A stretch of 64,000 nt of DNA from an uncultured Verrucomicrobiae bacterium. GTDB taxonomy: Bacteria > Verrucomicrobiota > Verrucomicrobiia > Limisphaerales > Palsa-1400. The number at the start of each line of letters is the position of its first letter. Position 1 is the first letter of the stretch. This document shows, piece after piece, positions 52,652-62,092 of the stretch. The notes below the pieces were generated by a model. It was not told the origin of the DNA. It ran no database searches and saw only the letters and a program-made list of their open reading frames with translations. The position numbers were made by a program, and so were the translations under genes. The DNA lies in assembly GCA_963702845.1 (NCBI GenBank), contig OY969763.1:992001-1056000 (forward strand). The letters are read 5' to 3'.

Positions 52652-54049
52652 ATGCGATTTCTGACCCTTGCTCTGCTTATTGCGGGTGTTTTTCCAACTT
52701 TCGCTGCGGACACATTCTTGCCTGAAAAAGAAAAGGCCCGTGCCAGGGATATCTTTCGCGAACTTATTGAAATCCGCAGCACACATGATGTGGGCACAGC
52801 CAAAATCGCCAACGCCATCGCCACGCGCCTGAAAGCCGCCGGCTTTTCCGGTGACGACGTGCAAATCCTTGCGCCAAAACCCGGCAAGGAAAACGTCGTC
52901 GTCCGATTTCGCGGCACCGGTTCGGCAAAACCAATTCTCTTCATCGGCCACATCGACGTCGTCGAAGCCAAACGCGAGGATTGGACTTCTGATCCATTCA
53001 AGCTTACTGAGCGCGAGGGCTATTTTTACGGACGCGGCGCCACTGATATGAAAAATGAAGTGGCGGATATGGTGGAGAACTTGATTCGTTTGAAAGAAGA
53101 GAACTTCCAACCGTCCCGCGATTTCATTTTCGCTTTCACTGCCGACGAAGAGGGCGGGGGCACCGACAATGGCGTGGAATGGCTGATGAAAGATCATCGG
53201 TCGCTCATCGATGCGCCATTTTGCATCAACCCGGACGGCGGCGGTGGTGAGATTAAAGCCGGCAAATACATCGCCCTCAGCGTGCAAACCGCTGAAAAAG
53301 TCTATTTAAGCTTTCGCCTCGAAGCCAAAGACAAGGGCGGCCACAGTTCCGTTCCAACACAGGACAACCCCATCTTTCACCTCGCCCAGGCCCTCGCACG
53401 CTTGTCGAATTTTAAATTCCCGATTCACGTGAACGAGACGGTGCGCAAAGCATTTGCTGTTCTGGCAGAAACAGAAAAGGACCCGGACGTTGCAGCCGAC
53501 CTCAAAGCTATTAGTGCCGACCCGGGAAATTGGGCCGCCACAGACCGCCTTGCCACGAGACCGGTCTACAACGCGCTCATGCGCACCACCGCCACCGTCA
53601 CCATGATCAGCGGCGGCCACGCTGAAAACGCGTTGCCCCAGGTCGCCAGCGCCGTCGTCAACTGCCGCATCCTCCCCGAAGATTCTGCCGACGCAGTCGA
53701 AGCCACTCTCAAACATATTATCGCCGACGAAAAAATTTCCCTGTCGCAAATCGAACCGCCTAAACCGAGTCCCGCGTCTCCGGTCGATCCATACATTTTT
53801 GACATGGTAGAAAAAACCGGTCGCGACATGTGGCCCGGCGTCGTGGCGATGCCCGCAATGCAAACCGGGGCAACCGACGGCCTCTTTCTGCGCGCCGCCG
53901 GAGTCCCCGTCTACGGCCTCTCCGGCATGTTCACCGATTTCGAAGATCCGCGTGCGCACGGCAAAGATGAACGCATCGGCGTGAACGACTACTACAACGG
54001 CGTTGAATTTATGTATCGCTTGCTGAAAGCCCTGGGGCAGCCGAAATGA
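52652..54049 (+). CDS. secreted M20/M25/M40 family metallo-hydrolase
   Basis: Signal peptide, GHIDVV, YGRGA.DMK, ADEE, GGHSS.P, GATDG, AHG.DERI. Confidence 0.9.
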   Translation: MRFLTLALLIAGVFPTFAADTFLPEKEKARARDIFRELIEIRSTHDVGTAKIANAIATRLKAAGFSGDDVQILAPKPGKENVVVRFRGTGSAKPILFIGHIDVVEAKREDWTSDPFKLTEREGYFYGRGATDMKNEVADMVENLIRLKEENFQPSRDFIFAFTADEEGGGTDNGVEWLMKDHRSLIDAPFCINPDGGGGEIKAGKYIALSVQTAEKVYLSFRLEAKDKGGHSSVPTQDNPIFHLAQALARLSNFKFPIHVNETVRKAFAVLAETEKDPDVAADLKAISADPGNWAATDRLATRPVYNALMRTTATVTMISGGHAENALPQVASAVVNCRILPEDSADAVEATLKHIIADEKISLSQIEPPKPSPASPVDPYIFDMVEKTGRDMWPGVVAMPAMQTGATDGLFLRAAGVPVYGLSGMFTDFEDPRAHGKDERIGVNDYYNGVEFMYRLLKALGQPK

Positions 54050-54077
54050 CTGTCGTTATTCGTAGCGGCCGAGGGAA

Positions 54078-54297
54078 CTCGCGGCAGCATTCGCATATAC
54101 CGGCGCAAAGTTCATCCGAAAGGGTGGCGTCAGTCAGGCGAACGCAGCGGAGTATCTCTCCACTGGCGGCGACAGCTGCAATTGGCGGCACTTGGGTTGC
54201 TGATCTCAAATTGATCTCGGAAAAGAAATGGCCGCGCATCACCGGACTGACAAAAGAAGTGATGAAACTCGCAGCCGCGGTGAAGCCGCAGGAATAA
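54078..54297 (+). pseudogene. 3' remnant of KDPG/KHG aldolase (Eda-like)
   Basis: LAAAFAYTGAKFIRKGGVSQANAAEYL then, after a shift, AAIGGTWVADLKLISEKKWPRITGLTKE. This resembles the Eda C-terminus (F.PTGG...N..YL...AVGGSW...W..IT). No 5' part is present. Confidence 0.6.
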
Positions 54298-54387
54298 ACA
54301 TGTCAAAAGTTCGGGGCTGCACCCTTTTCTTTGGCTGGCTTGAGCCATTTCGTAAAGCGTCTGAAGCTGAAAGAATTCTTAGTCGAG

Positions 54388-56295
54388 TTAGCGTTTGTGA
54401 ACTGGTTTGCCAAACGCATCGATCATCGTAACCGTCGTAAACACAACGTGCCTCTTCCCGCCCGACTCCGGCGATGCAAACATCGAGGTCGCTCCGTCTT
54501 CGATAGTATTATTCGCCTTTGCCGTCGCGTTCGCGAAATCATGCGGATTGCCTTTAAGCCAAAACAAAGCGCTCAGATTGATCGAACGCCCATTGCGTTG
54601 AACCGTCGCAGCGTAATACACAGAGACACCAGCGCGTGCCTCGCCATTCCCTGGTCCGTTTGCTACGCTCACACATGCTGCTCGTCCACTTAGTATCGTT
54701 ACTTTTGGCGTGCTTACGACATCCGCACCGCTGATTTTGGACAATGTATCCAGCAACTTCTGAAATCGATTTGGCTCCAATGTTTCTACCCGGCTCAGAT
54801 CCAGTCCATTGCTTTTGAACACGGCTTCGAGGGCGGGATCGATTTCAACTATTTTTGAGGTTAGCGATAACTGCGGCCCTTCGCCACCAGCATTGAGAAA
54901 CTCCACGGCCGTTTCAATATTCTCCAAATCCGTCAACGTGGCCCGCACCAAAAGCAGCCCGGTGCGATCATTGTAAAACAGCGTCTTCGAGTTGTTTAGG
55001 AAATCGACACCCAACTCGGTAAACCATTCTTTCAGTCCGCGATTTAACGCGATGTTGCTGGAAACATCTTTGCCGAGAACCTTCAGGTTGCGGACGAAAG
55101 CATCTGGTTCGACATGAAATTGTTTCGAGTATAAGGCGATGACCTCGGGCTGGTGATTTCGTTGGCGAGGCGGTTGCAACGTCTTTGATGCGGATTGCGT
55201 GAGATCGGCAAAGGCGGTTCGCCAGATTATGCCCAGTGGCGCAGGCGAGCTGTCACTTGAAACGGCATTTCGCTGCGTCCAGCCGGCGGCTAAAATTGCT
55301 ACCGATACGAAACAAACCGCCGCAGCCATTTGGAAAATCCGCTGACGCAGTGTTGAACGAGCCACACCGCGCAAATTCAACAACCGTTCGATGCGATGGC
55401 GGAGATTGGATCGCCGTTCCGTTGCATTCATTCCGACTCCGGCTGGGGCAAAGCGGGTTGATAAATCGCGCGCCAGTTTGACCAGGCATCCGGCCAATGT
55501 CTCCGCGCCCCTGTCGATAGCGGCTACAGATTCATCAGCCGCCAATTCGCTGGCATCGTGCAGAGCGCGTCGCGCCAACCAAATGAGTGGGTTCCACCAA
55601 AGTAAAATAGTGACGCAATCCGCCAACGCATGCCAGGCTGCGTCGCCGGCAGCAATATGCGCCAGCTCGTGCGTAAGAATTGCCTCCCGCTCTACCGGTT
55701 CAAACCTCTGGATGAAATGTTGGGGAACAACAATGACCGGCCGAAAAATTCCGAACGTGAACGGTGCCGCCACATGGGTGCCTTCGATCAACTTAGGGCA
55801 ACTCATCCCAAGCCGCGTCGCAATTCGCCCCGTCTCTTCAACTAACAGTGACTGCACTATTGCTTTTCGTCTGCGCCGAAACGCTGCCATCCAACAATGC
55901 GCCAACACAACACGCGCTCCGATGACCATGCATCCAAGCAGCCAGATCATCCCCGGCCATAATGCAGCATTCCGGTTCTCTGTTTCCGCAAAGGTTATTT
56001 TGGTTGAGCGCGCCGTCGTTTTCAGTTCCACGTTTTTTCCAAGAGCTGCGCTTTCACCCGCTTTCGCATCAACCGGATGCGACAACAGCAATGCAGCAGC
56101 TCTGTTGCCGATTCCGCCCAGGTTCGAAACGGTTAATGCCAGCACGCACACAACCGCTGTTCGCCAAATAAACCTGCGGATTGAGCCCGACCGCACCAGC
56201 GGCGTCAATGCAATCGCAAGCACGACAGTTGCTGCCGTTTGCCAAAGCAATGTCGCTGCAAGTTCGGACCAAAACGTCACATCTGGAATGCTCAT
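54388..56295 (-). CDS. BlaR1/MecR1 (M56) metallopeptidase sensor fused to secretin-like domains
   Basis: APFTFGIFRP.I..P, HELAH, WWNPL.W, ELAAD. The C-terminus has FYNDRTGLLLVRAT..DLE.IE, PQ..L.SKIVEI and STPKVT.LSGR.A. Confidence 0.82.
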   Translation of the reverse strand: MSIPDVTFWSELAATLLWQTAATVVLAIALTPLVRSGSIRRFIWRTAVVCVLALTVSNLGGIGNRAAALLLSHPVDAKAGESAALGKNVELKTTARSTKITFAETENRNAALWPGMIWLLGCMVIGARVVLAHCWMAAFRRRRKAIVQSLLVEETGRIATRLGMSCPKLIEGTHVAAPFTFGIFRPVIVVPQHFIQRFEPVEREAILTHELAHIAAGDAAWHALADCVTILLWWNPLIWLARRALHDASELAADESVAAIDRGAETLAGCLVKLARDLSTRFAPAGVGMNATERRSNLRHRIERLLNLRGVARSTLRQRIFQMAAAVCFVSVAILAAGWTQRNAVSSDSSPAPLGIIWRTAFADLTQSASKTLQPPRQRNHQPEVIALYSKQFHVEPDAFVRNLKVLGKDVSSNIALNRGLKEWFTELGVDFLNNSKTLFYNDRTGLLLVRATLTDLENIETAVEFLNAGGEGPQLSLTSKIVEIDPALEAVFKSNGLDLSRVETLEPNRFQKLLDTLSKISGADVVSTPKVTILSGRAACVSVANGPGNGEARAGVSVYYAATVQRNGRSINLSALFWLKGNPHDFANATAKANNTIEDGATSMFASPESGGKRHVVFTTVTMIDAFGKPVHKR

Positions 56296-56297
56296 GT

Positions 56298-56684
56298 TTA
56301 TCGACTCTCTTTCTTTTTCCGTTCCGCAATAATCTTTTCCAACTCATCCAATTCGCACCGGCTGATCTCCCGTGTCTGAAGCAAATGAGTTACCATATCG
56401 GCCAGCCGCCCTTCGAACACGCGTTCGAGCAGGTGACTCGTCATATTTCGTGCTACGACCTCTTCCTTGACGAGCGGCGAGTAGACGAACTTTCGATCCT
56501 CCATCCGATGCCGGACGAGTTTGCGCGCCTCCATTTTTTTGAGCATGGTCGCGATGGTTGTGTAGGCGTATTTGCTTTCTCCCCCGAGCCCGGCATGAAC
56601 TTCGCGTACCGATGCGTCAGGGTGCTCCCACAACAATTGCAGAATCTTCAATTGCAGATCTCCGATTCGTCGAGGCCGTACCAT
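56298..56684 (-). CDS. BlaI/MecI/CopY family repressor
   Basis: LQLKILQLLW, SVREV, AYTTIATML..ME.RKLV, F.G....MV..LL, ELDEL. Confidence 0.9.
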   Translation of the reverse strand: MVRPRRIGDLQLKILQLLWEHPDASVREVHAGLGGESKYAYTTIATMLKKMEARKLVRHRMEDRKFVYSPLVKEEVVARNMTSHLLERVFEGRLADMVTHLLQTREISRCELDELEKIIAERKKKESR

Positions 56685-56699
56685 GTGCGACCATGGTAA

Positions 56700-56718
56700 T
56701 ACTACTACGGTAGTAGTA
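56700..56718. promoter_or_regulatory. probable BlaI-family operator
   Basis: Perfect palindrome TACTACTAC-G-GTAGTAGTA, 15 nt upstream of the repressor start. Confidence 0.75.
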
Positions 56719-56809
56719 AAGAGCAATTTGGTCACTCGTTGAACCGGTAAAACATGCGCCCAGCGGCAGGCGGAAGGCGGGGCAATGGTTGGGCGGCGGC
56801 TGGACGTTG

Positions 56810-57916
56810 CTATTGCGAACGGAGTTTGATGCGGACGATTGCGCCCGTGAGCCACAGGCGCATGGGCGGGCCCCAGGTGCCGGTACCGCGGGAAACGATC
56901 GCGGTCAGGCCGCTGACTTCGTAGCGGCCGGAGAGCAGTGGGTAACGCAGGCGCACCAAATAGTTGAAAGGCCAGATCTGGCCGTTGTGGGTGTGGCCAG
57001 AGAGCATAAGGCCAACTCCAGCAGCGGCGGCTTTTTCGGCGTCCAACGGGGAATGGGACAGGAGAATTGTCGCTCCAGAAGGACGATTGGCGAGGGCGCG
57101 GGTTATGGGGTGATCAGCATCAGCGATTGGGGCGCGTGAGGTGAGGTCATCGACCCCGGCAATGATTAAGCCGGGCGCGGCTTGTCGGTTGGAATCTTGT
57201 AACACGGAAAAGCCGGCGTTTTCAAATAAGGCGATCGATCTGGCGAGTCCGGCGTAGAATTCATGATTTCCTGTGACGGCCCAAACGCCGAGTGGGGCTC
57301 TCAATTGCTGGAGAGATTCTCGCAGCGGTTCAACGCGTCCGACATTCCCGTCCACCAAATCGCCAGTGATGACGACGATGTCGGGGGTTAGTGCGTTCAC
57401 TCGTGCGATTTGCTTTTGCAGCCAGCGTTTTCCGAGGATGTTTCCTAGATGCAGATCGGAAAGTTGCACGAGGACGGTTCCGTCGAGGTCACGTGGCAGG
57501 CCGGGAAGTGAGACCTCGTAGTCGGTGAGGGTTGGAGGACGGAAGCCGTGGAGTAGTGCAATAAGACATAACAAAAAGGCGAAGCCCACGGCGCTGGTGC
57601 GGATGCTTATCGTTGCTGTTGTGAAGACGTTGCCGCCGAGTGTCACAAGGTCAGCGGCCACCAGACAGCAGAGCAGGAGAAATGCGATGCCAACCCAGGT
57701 GGCGGCGAGGAATTCGAATGGCCAGATATATTGCTGAGCTCCTTTTGCGTCCAGAACTCGCGCGGCGACGTAGCTTAACCACAGGCATGCCGCGATGATG
57801 CCGAGGGTGAGTGGGGAAACGTGGTTTGCGATCCATGGCAGACTTGATAGTCGCCAAAAGATGTAGGCGTGCAGGGTGCCCCAGATTGTTAGGGCGATGG
57901 CGAGGAATGTAGCCAT
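56810..57916 (-). CDS. membrane metallophosphoesterase (YkuE/YaeI-like)
   Basis: N-terminal TMs; SDLH, GDLVD, GNHE, SHSP, SGHTHNGQ. Confidence 0.9.
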   Translation of the reverse strand: MATFLAIALTIWGTLHAYIFWRLSSLPWIANHVSPLTLGIIAACLWLSYVAARVLDAKGAQQYIWPFEFLAATWVGIAFLLLCCLVAADLVTLGGNVFTTATISIRTSAVGFAFLLCLIALLHGFRPPTLTDYEVSLPGLPRDLDGTVLVQLSDLHLGNILGKRWLQKQIARVNALTPDIVVITGDLVDGNVGRVEPLRESLQQLRAPLGVWAVTGNHEFYAGLARSIALFENAGFSVLQDSNRQAAPGLIIAGVDDLTSRAPIADADHPITRALANRPSGATILLSHSPLDAEKAAAAGVGLMLSGHTHNGQIWPFNYLVRLRYPLLSGRYEVSGLTAIVSRGTGTWGPPMRLWLTGAIVRIKLRSQ

Positions 57917-58100
57917 TCGCTAATATATACTCGCGCGAGAGGCGGGCTGCCAATGGCGAAGGCGTTTCGAAAAGAAAAGTTTTACCACAGGGGCACGGAG
58001 GCACGGAGGGGGAAATCTGAATCGGACGGATGGGAGGGATGACGGAAAGGCGAACGTTGAACGTCGAACGCTGAGGAAATCGCAATAGAAAATACGGGAA

Positions 58101-58128
58101 CGGCGCGCGCGGAGCGACTCGCCCTACC
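58101..58128 (-). repeat. GTAG-family REP palindrome
   Basis: Minus strand GGTAGGGCGAGTCGCTCCGCGCGCGCCG, just downstream of a stop codon. Confidence 0.6.
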
Positions 58129-58129
58129 G

Positions 58130-58549
58130 TTATTCGTAGGTTTTTTGCAGCATCTGCACGCGGGGATAGACCGGGGAGGTTGGGCCGGTGCGGGTTTTGA
58201 CTTTGGCGAAGACGCGGCGGGCTTCGGTGGGATCATCTTTAGCGACGAGGACGACGTAATCCAGTTCGATCGATGCCAGGCGCGGATCGGAAATGGTTTT
58301 GCCGTAGGTCAGCAAGAAATCGTGAAGTCCGCCAGCGCCGCGGTTGCGGGAGGCTGCCAGCATCGGTTCCAACTTCGGCGACATTCCAGGCAATGAGGTA
58401 TCTGCGACTTCGGGCGCGGTTGCAGATGCACGCGAGGAATTGGAATCAGGTTGTGCGAATTTGCCCCAATATTCCCAAAGCTGGTACACACCCATGCCGA
58501 GGCCAATGATGACGACGACGCCGAGTAGGAATTTTATGGTTCCGTTCAT
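58130..58549 (-). CDS. hypothetical protein with N-terminal membrane anchor
   Basis: MNGTIKFLLGVVVIIGLGMGVYQLW; ATGA overlap with the murA stop. Confidence 0.65.
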   Translation of the reverse strand: MNGTIKFLLGVVVIIGLGMGVYQLWEYWGKFAQPDSNSSRASATAPEVADTSLPGMSPKLEPMLAASRNRGAGGLHDFLLTYGKTISDPRLASIELDYVVLVAKDDPTEARRVFAKVKTRTGPTSPVYPRVQMLQKTYE

Positions 58550-59808
58550 GATTCTTCTACGCGTTCGACGCGAGCACCCAGTTTGCGCAGCTTGGCGTCG
58601 ATTTGTTCGTAACCACGGTCGATATGATAAACGCGGTTTACTTGCGTCATGCCTTTTGCCGCAAGACCGGCAATGACGAGCGCAGCGGAAGCGCGCAAAT
58701 CGCTGGCCATGATCGGTGCGCCGCTCAATGGTTTGCCACCTTTGACGATCGCGCTCGGGCCTTCGATGGCGATGTCTGCCCCGAGACGGGCGAGTTCGCT
58801 GACGTGCATGAAACGTGATTCGAATACGCGCTCGGTGATGATGCTGATGCCGGGAGTCACAATCATGAGCGCCATCATTTGCGCCTGAACGTCGGTGGGA
58901 AAACCAGAGTAGGGCAGGGTGGTGATGTCGACAGGTTTGAGCCGGCCGTTGCGGCAAATTTTCAGCGAACCGTTGCTGCGTTCGATCTTCACGCCGGCCT
59001 CGACCAACTTGTCGATGACAGCGTGTAAGTGATCGACGCGCGCGCGTTTTATGGTCACTTCGCCGTTTGTGGCGGCGGCAGCAATGGCGAATGTCGCCGC
59101 TTCGATGCGGTCGGGAATGACTTCGTGTTCCGCACCGTGGAGTTTTTTAACACCAGTGATCGTGATTGTCGGACTGCCGATGCCTTGAATCTTCGCACCC
59201 ATCGACACAAGAAAATTTGCGAGGTCGGTGACTTCGGGTTCGCAGGCGGCGCTTTCAATGATCGTGACGCCGTCGGCTAACGTCGCCGCCATCATCACGT
59301 TTGCGGTGCCAAGAACGGTCGGGCCTGAACGTCCGCCCATGAATACAGAGTTGCCCTTTAATTTGCGTGCTGTCGCGACGATGTATCCGCTGTCGATTTT
59401 GACATTCGTGCCTAAGGCGCGAACGCCTTTGAGGTGCAAATCGATTGGGCGCGCGCCAATGACGCAACCGCCGGGCAAAGACACTTGCGCTTTCCCGAGG
59501 CGGCCGAGGAGCGGGCCCAAAATACAGATCGAGCCGCGCATTTTGCGGATGAGATCGTAATCGCCGACGCCCTTGATTTTCTTCGCGCGAACGCGGAAGC
59601 AATTGTCTTGGAGGGAAACCTCGGCGCCGAGCGACTCGAGAATTTTTCCCATGAAACGGACGTCGCTCAGGTTTGGCACGTTGCGAATGACACACGGTTC
59701 GTCCGTGAGCAGCGTGGCCGCCATGATTGGAAGCGTGGCGTTTTTTGCGCCACCGATCGTCACTTCGCCGTGTAACGGCACACCACCTTTAATCAGAAAA
59801 CTATCCAT
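58546..59808 (-). CDS. murA: UDP-N-acetylglucosamine 1-carboxyvinyltransferase
   Basis: GAKNA, SLPGGCVIGARPIDLH, GFPTDVQAQ, SDLRASA, HIDRGYE. Confidence 0.97.
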   Translation of the reverse strand: MDSFLIKGGVPLHGEVTIGGAKNATLPIMAATLLTDEPCVIRNVPNLSDVRFMGKILESLGAEVSLQDNCFRVRAKKIKGVGDYDLIRKMRGSICILGPLLGRLGKAQVSLPGGCVIGARPIDLHLKGVRALGTNVKIDSGYIVATARKLKGNSVFMGGRSGPTVLGTANVMMAATLADGVTIIESAACEPEVTDLANFLVSMGAKIQGIGSPTITITGVKKLHGAEHEVIPDRIEAATFAIAAAATNGEVTIKRARVDHLHAVIDKLVEAGVKIERSNGSLKICRNGRLKPVDITTLPYSGFPTDVQAQMMALMIVTPGISIITERVFESRFMHVSELARLGADIAIEGPSAIVKGGKPLSGAPIMASDLRASAALVIAGLAAKGMTQVNRVYHIDRGYEQIDAKLRKLGARVERVEES

Positions 59809-59850
59809 TTGGTATCGAACGTGGCGCGTTGTTTCTTTCCCCGGTCGTTG

Positions 59851-60708
59851 TCAGGAAAGAGGAGGACGCGCGCTCAATATTCTTGGGCGCTGACTGTAAT
59901 CACATTCTACGGATTCGACAACGAACTTTTGCTCTTCAAACGTTTTTTTGACTGCATCGGCCTGTCCGTCGCCGAATTCGAGGAGAATTTTGCCTTCCGG
60001 TTTCAACCAGTTTTTCGCTTCAGAAGCCAGTAATCGATAGAAATTCAGACCATCAGCGCCGCCGTCGAGCGCGCTACGCGGCTCGTGCTCGCGAACTTCG
60101 GGGTCGAGTGTTTCGATTTCCGCGGAAGGTATATAGGGCGGGTTGGAAATGATGAGATCGAAACGCACAGGAGAGGCTTTCAAAGCTTCGAAACCATTGC
60201 CTTGGTGAAATTGAACCTTAACATTCTGTTTCGCCGCATTCTCTTGCGCGATTTTTAATGCCTCTTTCGAAGCATCCAAGGCGTGAACCTCCGCGGTTGG
60301 AATTTTCGACGCGAGCGCTATAGCCAAACATCCGCTGCCGGTGCCGAAGTCCAGGGCGGTTGGTGGCTGACCATTGATTGTTGATAGGAACTGCCAGCCG
60401 CGTTCGGCGAGCATTTCAGTCTCAGGTCGTGGGATCAGGACTGCTGTCGTGACGTTGAGTTCCCAACCACAGAATTGCACATTGCCTATTATATATTGCA
60501 GCGGTTCACGGGTGCCGCGGCGTTGCACCATTTCGCGCAACGTGCTGACCTCCGCTTCGGTCAAAACGCGCTCGAAGTTTAGATAAATTTGCATGCGCTG
60601 CATCTTGAGCACGTGCGCAATTAATAGCTCCACCTGTAAACGCGGCGAAGAAACGTCCTTTTTTGTGAGGAAATCGGTGCTGCGTTGTATGACTTCCAGG
60701 ATGGTCAC
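59851..60708 (-). CDS. prmC: peptide chain release factor N5-glutamine methyltransferase
   Basis: EPLQYI.G, LIPRPETE, LDFGTGSGC, SNPPY. A GTG start at 60708 is preceded by TATCGT-7nt. Confidence 0.93.
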   Translation of the reverse strand: MTILEVIQRSTDFLTKKDVSSPRLQVELLIAHVLKMQRMQIYLNFERVLTEAEVSTLREMVQRRGTREPLQYIIGNVQFCGWELNVTTAVLIPRPETEMLAERGWQFLSTINGQPPTALDFGTGSGCLAIALASKIPTAEVHALDASKEALKIAQENAAKQNVKVQFHQGNGFEALKASPVRFDLIISNPPYIPSAEIETLDPEVREHEPRSALDGGADGLNFYRLLASEAKNWLKPEGKILLEFGDGQADAVKKTFEEQKFVVESVECDYSQRPRILSARPPLS

Positions 60709-60814
60709 CGCGCAGACGATAGGTGGAAGGGCGCGCGCGGCGCAACAGGCAAAATGGTTTTTAAACGGTGGATTAAAATTGTCATGCGACGGATTTTTCA
60801 GCACCATCTGTGCG

Positions 60815-61210
60815 ATGTCCAAACCGACGATGGGGCGCGGGCTCGGTTCGCTGATGACCGAACGTACGCCACAGGGCGACAACCAAAATCCGAACGGCAA
60901 AACTGAAATTGCCGCAGGCGTGCGCACGCTCATCCAGGGAGCTACTCCCAAACCTGCGCCTGCTCCTTCGCCAATTCGGACGCCGATGCCGAAGACATCT
61001 GCTCCTCAGATCAGTAATCAAAAAGGTCCGGCCATTCCGCGTTGGTATTTTCTTGCTGCTGATGCACTGCTGATTGGTTTGGCTCTATTCATTGCTTTCA
61101 CGAGTCCAAAACCGATGCCGACGTCGCGTATGATTGCCGCCATTGTGGTGGTTGTTTTCGCCGCTGGTTGCGGACTTTGTGCGTTGCTCGCAGGTACGGA
61201 CAAGGACTGA
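60815..61210 (+). CDS. small membrane protein with ParB-like N-terminal peptide
   Basis: MSKPTMGRGLGSLM, a Pro-rich linker and two C-terminal TM helices. Promoter TTGTCA-17-CACCAT-7-ATG supports the start. Confidence 0.65.
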   Translation: MSKPTMGRGLGSLMTERTPQGDNQNPNGKTEIAAGVRTLIQGATPKPAPAPSPIRTPMPKTSAPQISNQKGPAIPRWYFLAADALLIGLALFIAFTSPKPMPTSRMIAAIVVVVFAAGCGLCALLAGTDKD

Positions 61211-61277
61211 TCCAGATTTGTTTGGGCTCCGGAACATCGTTTTTCGGCGGCAAATTTTCACGCGCGATTCTTCACAC

Positions 61278-61327
61278 TGCGCAATTCGTGCGCAGCTGCA
61301 TCATCTCACATGCGCAACTGTTGCGCG
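61278..61327 (+). promoter_or_regulatory. tandem enhancer-binding-protein sites
   Basis: TGCGCA-N5-TGCGCA and TGCGCA-N5-TGCGCG, offset by 33 bp, upstream of a sigma54 promoter. Confidence 0.6.
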
Positions 61328-61366
61328 GAATTTCCGTAATTATGTGCAAATCAGGCCGTTTCGCCC

Positions 61367-61382
61367 TTGGCACATTAAATGC
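61367..61382 (+). promoter_or_regulatory. sigma54 (-24/-12) promoter
   Basis: TTGGCACATTAAATGC, with exact GG-N10-GC spacing. Confidence 0.7.
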
Positions 61383-61466
61383 CTACGGTAGTTCGCCGAT
61401 GCGGACGCCTCGAATCGTCGGGGCAGGTCACGACGGCTGAGACACGCAACTTATTTGGAGATTAAT

Positions 61467-62021
61467 ATGAAATTGAAACAGATGTTAGCAATTGCCGCAA
61501 TCGGCGCACTAATGCTCGCCGGAAGCGCTACAATTATGGCGCAAGGCCGTGGCAACTTTGACCCTGCACAAATGCGCGAACGCATCATGACGCGGATGCG
61601 CGAGCAGATGGACGTCAAGGATGACGCCGAATGGAAAGTGATCGAACCGCGCATTGGTAAAGTTTTGGATGCACGACTCGAGCTATCCAAGGGCGAGCCG
61701 AGCGGCATGGGAATGATGTTTGGCGGTCGCAGCCGTCGTAGCAGCAGCAGCAGCACGGATAGCGCTACGACTCCAGCCCCGACTGATCAAGGTTCTTCCC
61801 GCTCGCGCGGTGGAATGTTCGGTCAATCACCTGAATTGGAAGCATTGCAGAAAGCGATAGATGACAAGGCTGGTAAGGACGAAATCCAAGCCAAATTGTC
61901 CGCGCTCCGCAAATCCAATAAAGAAAAACAAAAGGCCGTTGATAAGGCCCAATCAGATTTGAAGGAGATCCTCGACGCGCGCCAGGAAGCAGTCGCGGTC
62001 GTGAACGGTTTGGTGAGATAG
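61467..62021 (+). CDS. secreted helical protein, Spy/CpxP-like
   Basis: SD GGAG, signal peptide, Gly/Met/Arg-rich helices, LKEILDARQEA (LTxxQ-like). Confidence 0.55.
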   Translation: MKLKQMLAIAAIGALMLAGSATIMAQGRGNFDPAQMRERIMTRMREQMDVKDDAEWKVIEPRIGKVLDARLELSKGEPSGMGMMFGGRSRRSSSSSTDSATTPAPTDQGSSRSRGGMFGQSPELEALQKAIDDKAGKDEIQAKLSALRKSNKEKQKAVDKAQSDLKEILDARQEAVAVVNGLVR

Positions 62022-62092
62022 TTTTGCATCCCGTAGTCAGTGGTCAGTTGTTTAAAACTTCTGAACCACTGACTACGAAAACTGATCAGCTC

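Noticed and set aside
18272..58128. Autonomous IS or RAYT element explaining the REPs
   Set aside because: No transposase ORF in the window; the REPs are isolated.
60709..60951. Long N-terminal extensions of prmC and of the opposite 205-aa ORF
   Set aside because: Homology begins at GTG60708 and ATG60815, each with its own promoter, which removes the overlap.
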